DNA of 64,000 bases from an uncultured Acidobacteriota bacterium. Its GTDB lineage: Bacteria > Acidobacteriota > UBA6911. The notes under the pieces are model-generated. The model did no database searches. It worked only from the letters and a program-made list of their open reading frames with translations, and had not been told where the DNA came from. Below, piece after piece: positions 1 to 10,109 of the stretch. A program made the translations under genes and the position numbers. The stretch spans positions 384,001 to 448,000 of the forward strand of contig CAWEJX010000004.1 in assembly GCA_963809485.1 (NCBI GenBank), in the 5' to 3' direction. How positions within the stretch are numbered: the stretch's first letter is position 1; each line of letters opens with the position of its first letter.

Positions 1-1
1 A

Positions 2-838
2 GACGGTACCAAATCTCCCGCTTATATATCACCGGCTAAGTACCCGGCCATGCACCGGGCAGCCCTCGATGCCTGCGACGCCATAGACGGCCTGGTGGAT
101 GGGATCATTGAAAATCCCCCGGCCTGTCAATACGACCCCGCTGTCATGAAGTGCTATGGCAACGACCAGCCATCCTGTCTTACCGCCGCACAGGTTGAAA
201 CAGCCAGAAAGATTTATGCCGGAGCGAAGTTCAACGATGGCACTCAGATATACAGCGGTTTTGAGCCGGGAACAGAGCTGGATTGGGCCATGATGGCCGG
301 CGGTCCGAATCCGCTCAGCCTGAGCACAGGCTATTTCAAAGGTATGGTTTTTGAAAATCCCGACTGGGATTATCGGACCTTTGATCCGGACCGTGATACA
401 CGTCTTGCAGAAGAGCGGACGGGAGCGGCGGTAGACGGAATCGATACAAACCTCAAGCCATTCAAGCAGAGCGGCGGCAAGCTCATCATCTACCAGTCGT
501 GGAACGAAACTACCATTCCGCCGCGGTCCATCATTGATTATTACAAAGGAGTCGAAAAAACAATGGGCGGTCCCCGACAGACAAGTGATTTCGTTCGCTT
601 GTTCATGGTATCGGGGTTGGGGATGTGCCCCGGATTCGGCAATGCGAAAGACTTTGATGCTCTGGAGGCAATTCAGCAGTGGGTGGAAAAAGGGATCGCT
701 CCGGAGCAGATTCTGGCTCAGCACCGGGACAATAACCGGAAAGTCTTCCGGACCCGCCCTGTATGCGCCTATCCAAAATCTGCGAAATACAAAGGCAACG
801 GAGATCCCAACGACGCTGCTAATTTTGCATGTAAATAA
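2..838 (+). CDS. Tannase/feruloyl esterase family alpha/beta hydrolase (5'-partial, open to window edge)
   Basis: CDAIDGLVDGII, CLTAAQV, GGKLIIYQSWNE, RLFMVSGLGMC and TRPVCAYP motifs. The frame is open from base 2. The usual catalytic His of GMxHC is not evident (GLGMC). Confidence 0.85.
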   Translation, partial: DGTKSPAYISPAKYPAMHRAALDACDAIDGLVDGIIENPPACQYDPAVMKCYGNDQPSCLTAAQVETARKIYAGAKFNDGTQIYSGFEPGTELDWAMMAGGPNPLSLSTGYFKGMVFENPDWDYRTFDPDRDTRLAEERTGAAVDGIDTNLKPFKQSGGKLIIYQSWNETTIPPRSIIDYYKGVEKTMGGPRQTSDFVRLFMVSGLGMCPGFGNAKDFDALEAIQQWVEKGIAPEQILAQHRDNNRKVFRTRPVCAYPKSAKYKGNGDPNDAANFACK

Positions 839-931
839 TGGGGAGCCAGCATTAAAATCCTGGAGACTTCGAGTCTTTGAGTTGATCGGATTCCAGGAAT
901 CTAAGAATCAGAGGGTGCGCGGATTAAGGTT

Positions 932-1393
932 CTATTTGCTTCCGGCCCGGCGGGTGCACAATGCGCGTCCTACAGCGCTACATCCGCCCCCTCCGCCGGA
1001 GGCTATGCTTGTTCCACCATAGCCAAAATTGAAGATCCAGGAATCCCCGAGGTTGTTCTTGGATCCGCTCCAAACGTTTGCGGCCTGTAAGTTTATGGAT
1101 CCCTTAACCTTATACTCCTTCTTCAGATTTCTGTCATACAGACCCTCCAGCTCCTCTATTGTCCCCAACCGCCAGTCCGTGTGCCCTCCCAAGGTCAAGT
1201 TCTGGCAATAAACACTGGCCTGACTCCAACTTACGTCGTTGCCATTATCCTCAACAGCCCATATCAAACCGGTCGAACTGTCTTCCCAAATCCTGGCGGA
1301 ATCCTGGCCCATCGCTATATGTATGCCGGCATGGAGAAAAAGGATCATGAATAAGGACGTTACCCGGTGATCGAAAAACCATTTTAGGAACAT
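932..1393 (-). CDS. DUF1566 (Lcl-like) secreted protein
   Basis: DSSTGLIW, W..A..YCQNLTLGGHTDWRLGTIEEL motifs. ATG at 1393 is preceded by AAGGAG. Hydrophobic N-terminus. Confidence 0.8.
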   Translation of the reverse strand: MFLKWFFDHRVTSLFMILFLHAGIHIAMGQDSARIWEDSSTGLIWAVEDNGNDVSWSQASVYCQNLTLGGHTDWRLGTIEELEGLYDRNLKKEYKVKGSINLQAANVWSGSKNNLGDSWIFNFGYGGTSIASGGGGGCSAVGRALCTRRAGSK

Positions 1394-1820
1394 AAAACCA
1401 CTCCTTGAAAATAAAGAAAAACCATAATTCTGCCCATTCCGTACAACCAGCAGAATATTAAATACAGATCTGTGCTGCAATCGATACTTTGCCGGAGGAA
1501 CCGTGCAGGAGGCATGCAAACGTGTGCAAAAGGATTCCATTCCTTGCAGGTGGAACATCGGAAAGGCACTGTAAAGGCCATGCTCCGCGCAAGACGGCTG
1601 TGGCCGCAATGGAACGGTTGACTGTACCATCAGCATGGGTGTAGGAATAGGGCAAAGGCGCACAGTTACAGGAATATGTATGCGCTCGACGCCGTTCCTG
1701 ATCCTGCCCCTCGCCTCGCTTTCCGCGCCATTAGGGGAACCAGGCGCGGCTAATCCTCAAGTTGACGCACTGAGAGCTTTGGGCGTTTAGATCCAATGTC
1801 GCGCTGAAGGAGGACTAAAA

Positions 1821-2528
1821 ATGAAAACAGCCCATTCAGCAGTTATCTGTATCCTGGCGATTTTTTTTAGCGCCTGTGTAACCGGAGATGAAATTACGAG
1901 CTATGTAATCGATCCGGACGGATCGATTTCCTTTACCATTTATCGAATGAACCTAAACTCGAACGAGACGGGCGAAAAGGCGAAAGAGGAACTCGCAAAC
2001 TACATTCGCGATCTTGAGAAGCAGAGTGGCGATTTCTTCACAAAACTCGCGAAAGCAAACACCAAGGAAATTAAGGTTACAATTCTTCGCAGGGCCGCAC
2101 CCGCATCAGTCCTGATCACGGGCCGTATTCCTTCGCTCTATGACCTGGCGGCCTTCCTCAGCGGGAAGAGCGACGAGGAGAGTTTTATCTGTACCGCCGT
2201 CTCAAGGGAACGCATGCGCGGGATTCACTGCCAGTACACCAAAAATCCATCAAAAGAAAAGGCCAACACTGGAAAATCCCAAGCTGAAAAAGCCCAGCCT
2301 GAGCTTGCCCGAACGCGTGGTGATTCGTTCTCCGAAACGCGAATTGCCCTCTCCCATGGAAGCTTTACCAAGGCCCAGGGATTCTTAATCGCACGTGACA
2401 AACGCTCCGCGCTCTTCGCTTTGGACACACCATCGGGGGTAGAGGACCTGGAAATACAGTCGGCTGCGTTCTCGGTAGAGTGGGAAATCCCCGAGGCGAA
2501 GTTTGGGATCTTATCCGCAATACCATGA
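1821..2528 (+). CDS. Hypothetical lipoprotein
   Basis: GGAGG RBS; signal peptide ending in lipobox FSA-C. The last codons overlap the downstream gene fragment. Confidence 0.65.
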   Translation: MKTAHSAVICILAIFFSACVTGDEITSYVIDPDGSISFTIYRMNLNSNETGEKAKEELANYIRDLEKQSGDFFTKLAKANTKEIKVTILRRAAPASVLITGRIPSLYDLAAFLSGKSDEESFICTAVSRERMRGIHCQYTKNPSKEKANTGKSQAEKAQPELARTRGDSFSETRIALSHGSFTKAQGFLIARDKRSALFALDTPSGVEDLEIQSAAFSVEWEIPEAKFGILSAIP

Positions 2529-3259
2529 CCCGGCTGACTTTCGGTTCGGCATTTGATGTTCTTCCTCTTTGGACACCGGATGGAAAGCGGATTATGTTCT
2601 GCACCAATCGCCCGGACGGCGGGAGTTTGTATTGGAAGGCATCCGACGGTGTGGGGAAGGGGGAGCCCGTAGGTTCTCCTTTCGCCCAGATAATGGTGCC
2701 GATCTCCTGGTCGAAGGATGGAAAAACCCTGGTCGTGACGCATGCTGCTCAGATCGGGACGGCCAACTTTGACATCGGCGTGCTGTCAATGGAAAGCGGC
2801 CACGAATACAAAAAGCTGTTAAAGGAAAAGCATAGTGAGTCTCAGCCGCGGATTTCGCCTGATGGGCGCTGGATGGCCTATACCTCCGATGAATCCGGCC
2901 AGGCTCAGATTTATGTGCGCCCCTTTCCTGATGTGGATAAAGAGAGATGGCAGGTTTCCACGAACGGTGGAAACAGCCCCCTCTGGTCGCCGGACGGGCG
3001 GGAGCTGTTCTACTTTAGCGATGGTGCCGTAAGTGCCGTTACGGTGAACACAAAACCAACCTTCAGTGCCGGGACACCCAGGACCCTCTTCCGGGGCAAG
3101 TATATCGGCCCCTTAATGAATTCGGGGGCTTCATGGGACATCAGCCCCGACGGCAAGCGTTGCCTGATGCTGAAAGAGGACGCAGGCGGAGGCCCGCGGA
3201 AAATCAGCGTCGTATTGAACTGGACAGAAGAACTAAAACAACGTGTGCCAACGAAATGA
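2501..3259 (+). pseudogene. C-terminal fragment of an Acidobacteria-type Ser/Thr kinase-TolB/PD40 beta-propeller protein
   Basis: Repeats PLWTPDGK, SWSKDGK, ISPDGRWMAYTSDESG, WSPDGRELFY and the terminal VVLNWTEELK. It starts mid-propeller with no kinase domain upstream. Confidence 0.7.
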
Positions 3260-3396
3260 ACGGAAAAAAATGGGGACAGTCACCATTACCTTTGCGATTT
3301 CCCCCTTCACGGTGGTCCTGAACTGGACTTCCCTGCTGAAGAAATGACGTTTTCGGGGCTTCATGTGTGAAACATCCATAATCGAGGAGGGGCAAA

Positions 3397-3642
3397 ATGC
3401 CTTTTATCAAAGTGGAAGCTGGGAAAATGAACCAGGAGACAAAAGAAAAACTGATCAGCGGATTGACCAGGCCTGCAAGTGAAAGCCTGGGGATTGCGGA
3501 AGAAGCGTTCACGATATTGATAAAAATCAGGCAAGCAAGGCACTTGCCCTGCGGAGCAGCGCAAGTGCAGGCCTGGCACGGGATGCCACTCCCAAATGGA
3601 ATTTCGGAGCATTTCAGGCACAATAGCTATCAAGTATTGTGA
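3397..3642 (+). pseudogene. 4-oxalocrotonate tautomerase family protein with divergent/truncated C-terminus
   Basis: GAGGAGG RBS, Met-Pro start, MPFIKVEAGK...KEKLISGLT...LGIAEEAFTILIK. Similarity ends near 3525 and the expected E...N.G.GG tail is absent. Confidence 0.55.
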
Positions 3643-3682
3643 CCAAAGTGCGCTATGCCCGCAATTTGGACGCAGTTCATTC

Positions 3683-3716
3683 TTGACCATACTGCGGACA
3701 CATCGTAGTATGGTCA
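3683..3716 (+). promoter_or_regulatory. sigma70-type promoter overlapped by a 10-bp inverted repeat (probable leaderless promoter and operator)
   Basis: TTGACC(3683)-17 nt-TAGTAT(3706), ATG at 3718. TGACCATACT(3684-3693) and AGTATGGTCA(3707-3716) are a perfect inverted pair. Confidence 0.6.
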
Positions 3717-3717
3717 C

Positions 3718-4953
3718 ATGCTGCGCCGGTATATTGAACACGCCCTCCAAAACCTTTCCTTTGCCCATCGGAAGATGGCATTCGTTTCTGGACCGCGCCA
3801 GTGTGGCAAGACCACGCTTGGGAAAATGCTGCTGAAGGACCGGGGAACTGGGGCATATTTCAATTGGGACGAGACAGAATTCCGCCGCCTCTGGACAAAG
3901 TCGCCAAAATCTGTTTTCCCGTCGGACCGCACCGGCAAACCCGGTCAGATTGTTCCTCTCTTGGTGCTTGATGAAATTCACAAAGCAAAGAAATGGAAGC
4001 AAACGCTGAAGGGCGTTTACGACACCATGGACTTGCCTGCGGACATTCTTGTGACTGGCAGCGCCAGGTTGAGCATTTATCGGAAGGGGAGTGACAGCCT
4101 GATGGGCCGTTACTATCATTTCAGACTGCATCCCCTAACCTTGGCGGAGATTGGCGGTTATCCTCTATTGCCGCCGGAGCAGGTTCGCAGGGAGATATTG
4201 GAGGGTAGCGGCCACAATAGGAAGCGGGATCAGGCACTGTTGGAGGATTTAATTCGATTGGGAGGTTTCCCCGAGCCTTTTCTGGCCGGCGAAGAAAGGC
4301 GATTGACTCTGTGGCGTCGGGGCAGAATCGAGAAAGTCGTCCGAGAAGATCTGCGGGATTTATCGCGCATTCCCGAGTTGAGCCAAATTGAGGCCTTGGT
4401 CTCCCTTCTGCCCGAAAGAGTGGGATCCCTCTTCAGCCGCGCCTCGCTTCGTGAGGACCTCGAGGTCAGTTTCGATACCATTCGCCGCTGGATGCAATAT
4501 TTATTTGAGCTGTATTATGCGTTTGAGGTCAAACCCTTCACCTCCAAAATTTCGCGTTCCCTGAAAAGAGAAGGCAAGCTCTATCTCTGGGATTATTCCG
4601 AGGTCACCGATCCGGCTGCGAGATTCGAAAACCTGGTTGCAGCCCATCTTCTCAAGGCATGTCACTATTGGACGGACACGGGAGAAGGCCTGTTTGAATT
4701 GTTTTATTTGCGAACAAAGGAAAAGCAGGAAATCGACTTCCTGATTGTGAAAGACAAGAAGCCCTGGCTGCCGGTGGAGGTAAAGGAGAATGACATGGGG
4801 CCCTCGCCCAATTTCAAACGTTTTCTGCCGCACCTGAATTGCCCGCTCGCTCTGCAGGTAATCAAACAGCCCAAGTATCGATCCCAGCACCAGATCGGGG
4901 ATGCAACTTTACTCGTCACCAGCGCCTCACGCATACTTCCGTTTTTTGTTTGA
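3718..4953 (+). CDS. AAA_14 ATPase with DUF4143 domain and C-terminal PD-(D/E)xK-like motif
   Basis: Walker A GPRQCGKTT, Walker B LVLDEIH, VTGS, GGFPEP, FENLVA, EIDFLI...PVEVK. Confidence 0.9.
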   Translation: MLRRYIEHALQNLSFAHRKMAFVSGPRQCGKTTLGKMLLKDRGTGAYFNWDETEFRRLWTKSPKSVFPSDRTGKPGQIVPLLVLDEIHKAKKWKQTLKGVYDTMDLPADILVTGSARLSIYRKGSDSLMGRYYHFRLHPLTLAEIGGYPLLPPEQVRREILEGSGHNRKRDQALLEDLIRLGGFPEPFLAGEERRLTLWRRGRIEKVVREDLRDLSRIPELSQIEALVSLLPERVGSLFSRASLREDLEVSFDTIRRWMQYLFELYYAFEVKPFTSKISRSLKREGKLYLWDYSEVTDPAARFENLVAAHLLKACHYWTDTGEGLFELFYLRTKEKQEIDFLIVKDKKPWLPVEVKENDMGPSPNFKRFLPHLNCPLALQVIKQPKYRSQHQIGDATLLVTSASRILPFFV

Positions 4954-5040
4954 TATAGCTGCAAGGAAGCAGGTTCGCGAATGAATTATTGTTAACGCAT
5001 CCCCGCCAATTTCTGCGGTGAGAACTGAGAGTGGGAACAC

Positions 5041-5664
5041 ATGATAAAAGCACGGAAAAATATCGCATATCAGTTTAGGATTGTTTTAAGAGAAATTGAG
5101 CCAACGATCTGGAGGGTTATCCAAACGCCCTCCGAATATTCCTTTTGGGATCTGCACGTTGCGATACAGGATGCTATGGGATGGCTCGACTGTCACTTGC
5201 ATGCTTTTCGCGTCCGAATGCCGCATAAGAGCAAGGATACGCTGATCGGCATTCCGGATGATGATTCATTTGACCTGGAAATCCTGCCAGGCTGGGAGTT
5301 TCCGATTGCAGACTATTTTACGGAACCCGGTAAGTTGGCAATCTATGATTACGATTTCGGAGATTCCTGGTCGCATGAAGCCCTTCTTGAGGGCATTCTG
5401 CTAAAAGAAAAGTCTGTCAAGTATCCTCGGTGCATCGACGGCAGACGAGCCTGCCCTCCTGAAGACTGCGGGGGAGTCCCAGGCTACTATGAGCATCTCG
5501 AGATACTCGCCGATCCCAAGCTTCCAGAATACCGGGAGCATATTGCATGGCTTAAAGGGCATTTAAAAAACTATTTCCCATTCGAGCCAGACAATTTCAA
5601 TCCCGATAGCGTGAAGTTCTGGGATCCTAAAAAAAGGTGGAAAATGGCGTTTTCGAGTAAGTAA
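5041..5664 (+). CDS. Plasmid pRiA4b ORF-3 family protein
   Basis: PTIWR, LHVAIQDAMGW.DCHLHAF, YDYDFGDSWSH, RACPPEDCGGVPGY. Confidence 0.9.
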   Translation: MIKARKNIAYQFRIVLREIEPTIWRVIQTPSEYSFWDLHVAIQDAMGWLDCHLHAFRVRMPHKSKDTLIGIPDDDSFDLEILPGWEFPIADYFTEPGKLAIYDYDFGDSWSHEALLEGILLKEKSVKYPRCIDGRRACPPEDCGGVPGYYEHLEILADPKLPEYREHIAWLKGHLKNYFPFEPDNFNPDSVKFWDPKKRWKMAFSSK

Positions 5665-5840
5665 TCTCATCAAGAATATGGCAGCGAGGGTATTTCTGCC
5701 TTGTGAAAACGACAGGTTCTGCAGACAGTGCCTGCAGAAACGCCATGGAAACTCAGGTTTTCACAGTCAGGCACCTCCCGCAAAGCCGGAGGCTTGAAAG
5801 ATTGGAACCGCTCAAAGCGGTTGGAGGAGTTACGCTGGTC

Positions 5841-6105
5841 TTGAACGCTGACTTACGCGGGCAAAAGCCGATGAGGCGCTTCCGATCCCCGCAGGGGCCA
5901 GCGCTCCGCGCTGGACAGTTTTCTGCGGCGGCACTGTGGCAAACGCCCGGTTTCTCATAACCTCCATCTCCTTGCCGCACGGCGCTTGCCACAGTTCCGC
6001 CGCAGAAAACTCCATCGGAAGCGCCTCATCGGCTTTTGCTCGCCGACCCTCGCTGAAAAAATCGGCGTTTGTCAGCGCTTTTGTCAGCGTATCTCAGCGT
6101 TTCAA
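5841..6105. repeat. Nested inverted-repeat (REP/REPIN-like) element
   Basis: Perfect 26-bp IR 5861-5886/6014-6039. Inner 31-bp IR with 2 mismatches 5917-5947/5981-6011. Short outer IR near 5841/6094-6105. Confidence 0.7.
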
Positions 6106-6494
6106 AATACGGAGCTGTCAAACTCTATGATTCCCCCGGCAAAGCCGAGGGTTTACCAATAGAATTATTCGATAGTGAATGACGGGGTTGATGCGGGAAT
6201 GACGGGGTCGGACCACGATAAATGTTACAGATATGAATTTTAGGCAGGTTTTTCGCCTCCAAAGCCGGCCTTGCGTTGATTTTTTGGAACCTTTTTTTGC
6301 ATGTAACGATGTCATCAATCTGCGCCCGGCATACTATTCAAGCTTGGAACAAAAAAACAGGGCCAAAATATACGCGCAAGGCCGTTTTTATGTCCATTGA
6401 TGTCATCTATCCTTTTAAACAGCAATAATATATCGTGGTCCGACCCCCTTTCGGACCTATCCCGCATGGTAAGCGGGAGACCCCTTTCTTCTTT

Positions 6495-8155
6495 CTAGCG
6501 CCAGTCGTCGATGCGTGTACTCCCTCCCAGCAACATACCCGGTCCCAGCATGAAATCCGTCACAAACCAGGTTGTCTGGATTCCGCCTCCGGCAACAATT
6601 ATTTTGATTGCGGATGCCTGATTGAACGGTTTTATCTTTTCACCCGAAGGGTATTGAGTTTTTTCAACATTTTCTGAAAACCACTTGCTTAGCTGGTCTT
6701 TCGTCTTAAAACCCAGGCTGTCCTTGAGAAGTGCGGCAACGGACGGATCCATAATGACTGTGGCCGATCCCATTGTAAGAGCCTTCATTTAGTCGCCCAT
6801 CACACATATGGACGGGGTTGTCCCGCACGGCCATCACTACGCTGGAAATATAGGACCAACCGATTCCCACGGTTATAACGCTGTCATTAGGTTTGAATCC
6901 CATCTGCACATGAAAAGGCTCCCACCCTTCGGGCAGCGCCTGCTCGTTTTCCGCAATGCAGACATTGTTGTATTGCATGGTGCTTCCCAGGCTGCTCCAC
7001 GTCGTTTTTCCGCTGTGCAGACCGCCGATGGTTTTCGACATCAGTGTGTAAGCTGCGGCCGATAACCGAATTCGCTTCATTATGCGGTCCCATGACGTTG
7101 GTACCGTAATTCATGCCTATTTCGTCGCGTATGGGTCCGTTGACCACGATAATGTTGGCCATGGAGGACGTGGAGTTTCCAAAAGGTATGTGGTTGGCCA
7201 GGGCGAGGATCACCGGAAGATATTCCCGTTTGGCGCCGGCCATAACAGCGCAGGTTGCCACTCTTTCTACGGTAACTTCCCGCTTGCCTCCCGGCCAGTC
7301 CAATGTCTTGATGACTTCGTCCGGTTTATGAGAAGTGCCTTTCAGCATGTCTGCCACCCGTTCTTCGGTCGGAAGGATAATGGGAAGATAGTCTGTCCAG
7401 TCCCGGTCCTTGAAAAGGCGCTGCAGGTTCTCTTCAGTGTCCGGCCCGAGAAAGCGGGATTCCGCCGCGGGGGGCTCGGGTGCCGGTCCTTTGTATTTCT
7501 CTTTGTCGGTCAGGGGAACGGTCAGGGCGTCGATGAATGCCTGCATCATCGGTTTTCCGCTTACGACGTCTTTGCTCTCAAAAATATATTTATGGTGGAC
7601 CGATTGAGGTTGCCCGGCCACCGGGAAAGGAAAGGATATATATCGAATGGGCGATCCGTTGGTATACTCGAAATCGTGTCCCTGGGCGTATTTGATGATA
7701 TTGGATGCCGCGCCCCCGACGGTGGGAATTTTGAAGTTCTGTTCCAGCGTTTTGCAGTTACGGCTCACGGCCGATGTGCAGCTGTCTCAACCGGATATCC
7801 CGACCATGGCCGCATGGCCCTTTTCGGATATTTCCTTCCAGAGTTCCGGCTGGTCCTGCATGTAGGAGCCTTTGACACTTCGGATCTCCACTTTCACACT
7901 CGGCATATTCTGGGCAAACCAGGCTTTCATTTCCGCATAAATGCTGGGAGCCGCCTGCGGGCCTCCCCAACCGATATCCACCAGGAATATTGTCTTTCCT
8001 TCCAGCGTATCAAGCCGCGGTGTAAGCGGTACGCGATCGACCATTCTATTCGGGGGTGTCGGATTCAATACCCTCATTTTTTCCGCAGAATATGCTGTCG
8101 AACATACAGCGATGAGAAGGACTATCCATACAATGGACCAAAGTTTTTGCCTCAT
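6495..8155 (-). CDS. Exported fused UGSC-family selenoprotein (Sec123 in UDSC), about 552 aa; two +1 frameshifts and one TAA in the 3' part
   Basis: ORF 8155-7787 ends in TGA, in frame with ORF 7768-6887 via GAC AGC TGC ACA TCG GCC (G-U-D-S-C-T-S-A-V). WTDYLPIILPTEERVADML and VNGPIRDEIGMN motifs. It continues in ORFs 7080-6706 and 6788-6495 and is colinear with the paralogue at 39236-37431. N-terminal signal peptide. Confidence 0.8.
7745..7786 (-). promoter_or_regulatory. Bacterial SECIS-like hairpin
   Basis: Directly 3' of the TGA: CAGC-TGCA-cat-CGGC-[CGTGA]-GCCG-taac-TGCA-aaac-GCTG. The loop begins 17 nt after UGA with G at loop position 2. Folded by eye. Confidence 0.6.
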
Positions 8156-8398
8156 GTTGCACCTCCGCTAAGGATATTCGGAATAAGCTGCCTAATTGAC
8201 TCCGGGCCCTTCCTGCAAGAGGCCGCGATGGCTTCCGATATCGAGTGAGATGTACCCTTCAGACATCCGAACTTGCCGACTATTGAAACTGGCGTTATGT
8301 TACATCACAATTGGAAGCTTTAGATAGGGATTTTAGTACACCCTCGCCACCACGCCCTGCTGCGCAAGATGAATCCGGAGGCCTGACCTGGCGGCTTA

Positions 8399-8716
8399 TT
8401 ACTTTTCGCTGCGCTCGCGCGCGAGTTGATCCAGGTACGTTTTCTCCAGCTGCTACACTGAGGCAAGGAAACCCTGCGGATCCACAAAGCGATCCGGTGA
8501 GTAGGAATCGCCCGATTTGTACTTCTCGTGCATCCGAAACTGCGACGCATGGGATGCGAACCACACATGGATCTTCATTTCACTTTGCGCACGAAAGGTG
8601 CGCGCGAAATCCGCTTCGATGTCTGGATAGTTCGGCATTCCGCTGACCCGGACACCAGGATTGATGGTACCCATGTTGGCGATGATCACCCGGTAGATCT
8701 TGCCGCCTTCGCGCAC
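8399..8716 (-). pseudogene. C-terminal remnant of a subclass B3 metallo-beta-lactamase-like protein
   Basis: YPDIEADFARTF, VWFASHASQFRMHEKY, RFVDPQGF. In-frame TAG at 8455-8453 followed by QLEKTYLDQLARERSEK. No N-terminal HxHxDH region. Confidence 0.65.
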
Positions 8717-8880
8717 TCACAGCGCTTCAGGCCGATGAACTCCTCATTGTCGGTCCGGCGCCGGCCTGCATCCTCGCAGATCCGACAGACCGGCTCACTG
8801 TCGGAATCCCGCTCAAAGAGAGTGTGGCATGAGGTTTTTTATCACAGGCATCATTTGCGTTGGACCCTACTGAGGTTTGC

Positions 8881-9957
8881 CTACGCCGGATTTATTTCCG
8901 AAGCATCCCCCTTATCCAGACGAACCGAATAAAATCCGAAAGGTCTGTCGACCTTTTTTGTGACTATTGGAGCATGCGTGAACCCTGCTTTACAAATTAC
9001 GAATGAAGGGGCATTAATAAAATGCTTTTCCTGTTCCTCGCCGAGCGCTATCTCGATTTCGGCACCCAAATAGTTCGGTCTTTTATCGTCAAGACCCACA
9101 AAAGCCAAAACCTGATCGCTAACATGTTTGTGGGGTTTCGCTCCCCAGTCACCTGTTGCACTATAGAATCCGAAAGCAAAATTAACATTGAAACCCTCCA
9201 GATCCTTGCCCATGTGCCAGGCGAGCGCGTCTGCATTGCCGGGCCCGGTCTTGTCTTTTATGTCCTTCCGGAAAACCATTTTCTTAAACAAGGGATCGTA
9301 TTTGTTCCCCTCAGTTGTTTCCAGCACGCTTCGTTTAGGCAATTCTACCGTATCGTGAGCGCCCTCCAGGCTGCAGACGATGAATGCAAAAGCCTTTTCG
9401 TTCTTCAAGGTCCACTGTGGAAGATGAACAAAGTTTTTGGGGAAACAGCAGACAGTGGGAACACGAAAAATATGTCTTTCGTATTCTTTCCCCACATCAA
9501 ACTCGCATTCTGCGCCCAGGTATTCCGGACGATCACGATCAAGTCCCACAAAAATTAGGCATTCATCGCCCGACGGATGATAATGCCCTCCTGGCTCCCA
9601 GGGCTGCCAGAGCCCGACTTGGCTATAGTGGCCCCACGAGAGATTGACATTGACTCCCTCCAGCGCATCACCCCTTGGCCAAGCAATGGCATCATTATTT
9701 CCCGGCGTATTAGGATGGTTGTAATTCGGCTTCTCCGGCAATGCGAGCTTCTTTATTAAGTGTCCATGTTTTGAACCATCTGGAACATATGGCAAAACAC
9801 CGCTTCTGGGCGCAGTGCCGGCTAGTGCCTTGGTTTTAGGCTCCTGGCCTACGGCGGCAATCGAGCCCATTAAGCTCATTCCCGCCGCGCCAAGAGATAC
9901 ATTCCTGAAGAACTCTCTTCGCGTTGCGCCTGCTTTATCTTTGTTTACGGCATCCAT
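8881..9957 (-). CDS. Tat-exported tandem cupin-like protein (uncharacterised family, paralogue 1)
   Basis: TRREFF Tat motif and GGAGG RBS. Two repeats of H-x-H..(D)E/Q...F.G.D..RP.YLGAE.E...G.E.E.H...P......H.P. Confidence 0.75.
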   Translation of the reverse strand: MDAVNKDKAGATRREFFRNVSLGAAGMSLMGSIAAVGQEPKTKALAGTAPRSGVLPYVPDGSKHGHLIKKLALPEKPNYNHPNTPGNNDAIAWPRGDALEGVNVNLSWGHYSQVGLWQPWEPGGHYHPSGDECLIFVGLDRDRPEYLGAECEFDVGKEYERHIFRVPTVCCFPKNFVHLPQWTLKNEKAFAFIVCSLEGAHDTVELPKRSVLETTEGNKYDPLFKKMVFRKDIKDKTGPGNADALAWHMGKDLEGFNVNFAFGFYSATGDWGAKPHKHVSDQVLAFVGLDDKRPNYLGAEIEIALGEEQEKHFINAPSFVICKAGFTHAPIVTKKVDRPFGFYSVRLDKGDASEINPA

Positions 9958-10109
9958 AGATGGTTATCCTCCTTTGTTTTGATCGATCGAGTTTATCGTT
10001 TTCCGGTCTCCCCAATCAAAAACCCCCTGAAAAGCAAATTGCGCGAAGCACCTGTTCGGTGTTCCTTTAGAAACGGTGTTTTGCAGTTTGTAGACCCGCT
10101 CCCTCAACT

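Noticed and set aside
3300-5700. Integron cassette array (also considered near 50140 and 53000)
   Set aside because: Only isolated TAAC/GTTA cores are present, with no paired attC boxes and no integrase in the window.
7082-8248. 388-aa plus-strand ORF and similar long antisense ORFs (e.g. 11589-12473, 16823-17620, 19129-19881, 38313-39182)
   Set aside because: They are shadows of well-supported genes on the opposite strand and show no family motifs.
8453-8455. In-frame TAG in the metallo-beta-lactamase remnant as possible pyrrolysine or recoding
   Set aside because: The gene is 5'-truncated, the position is non-catalytic, and a simple CAG-to-TAG nonsense change explains it.
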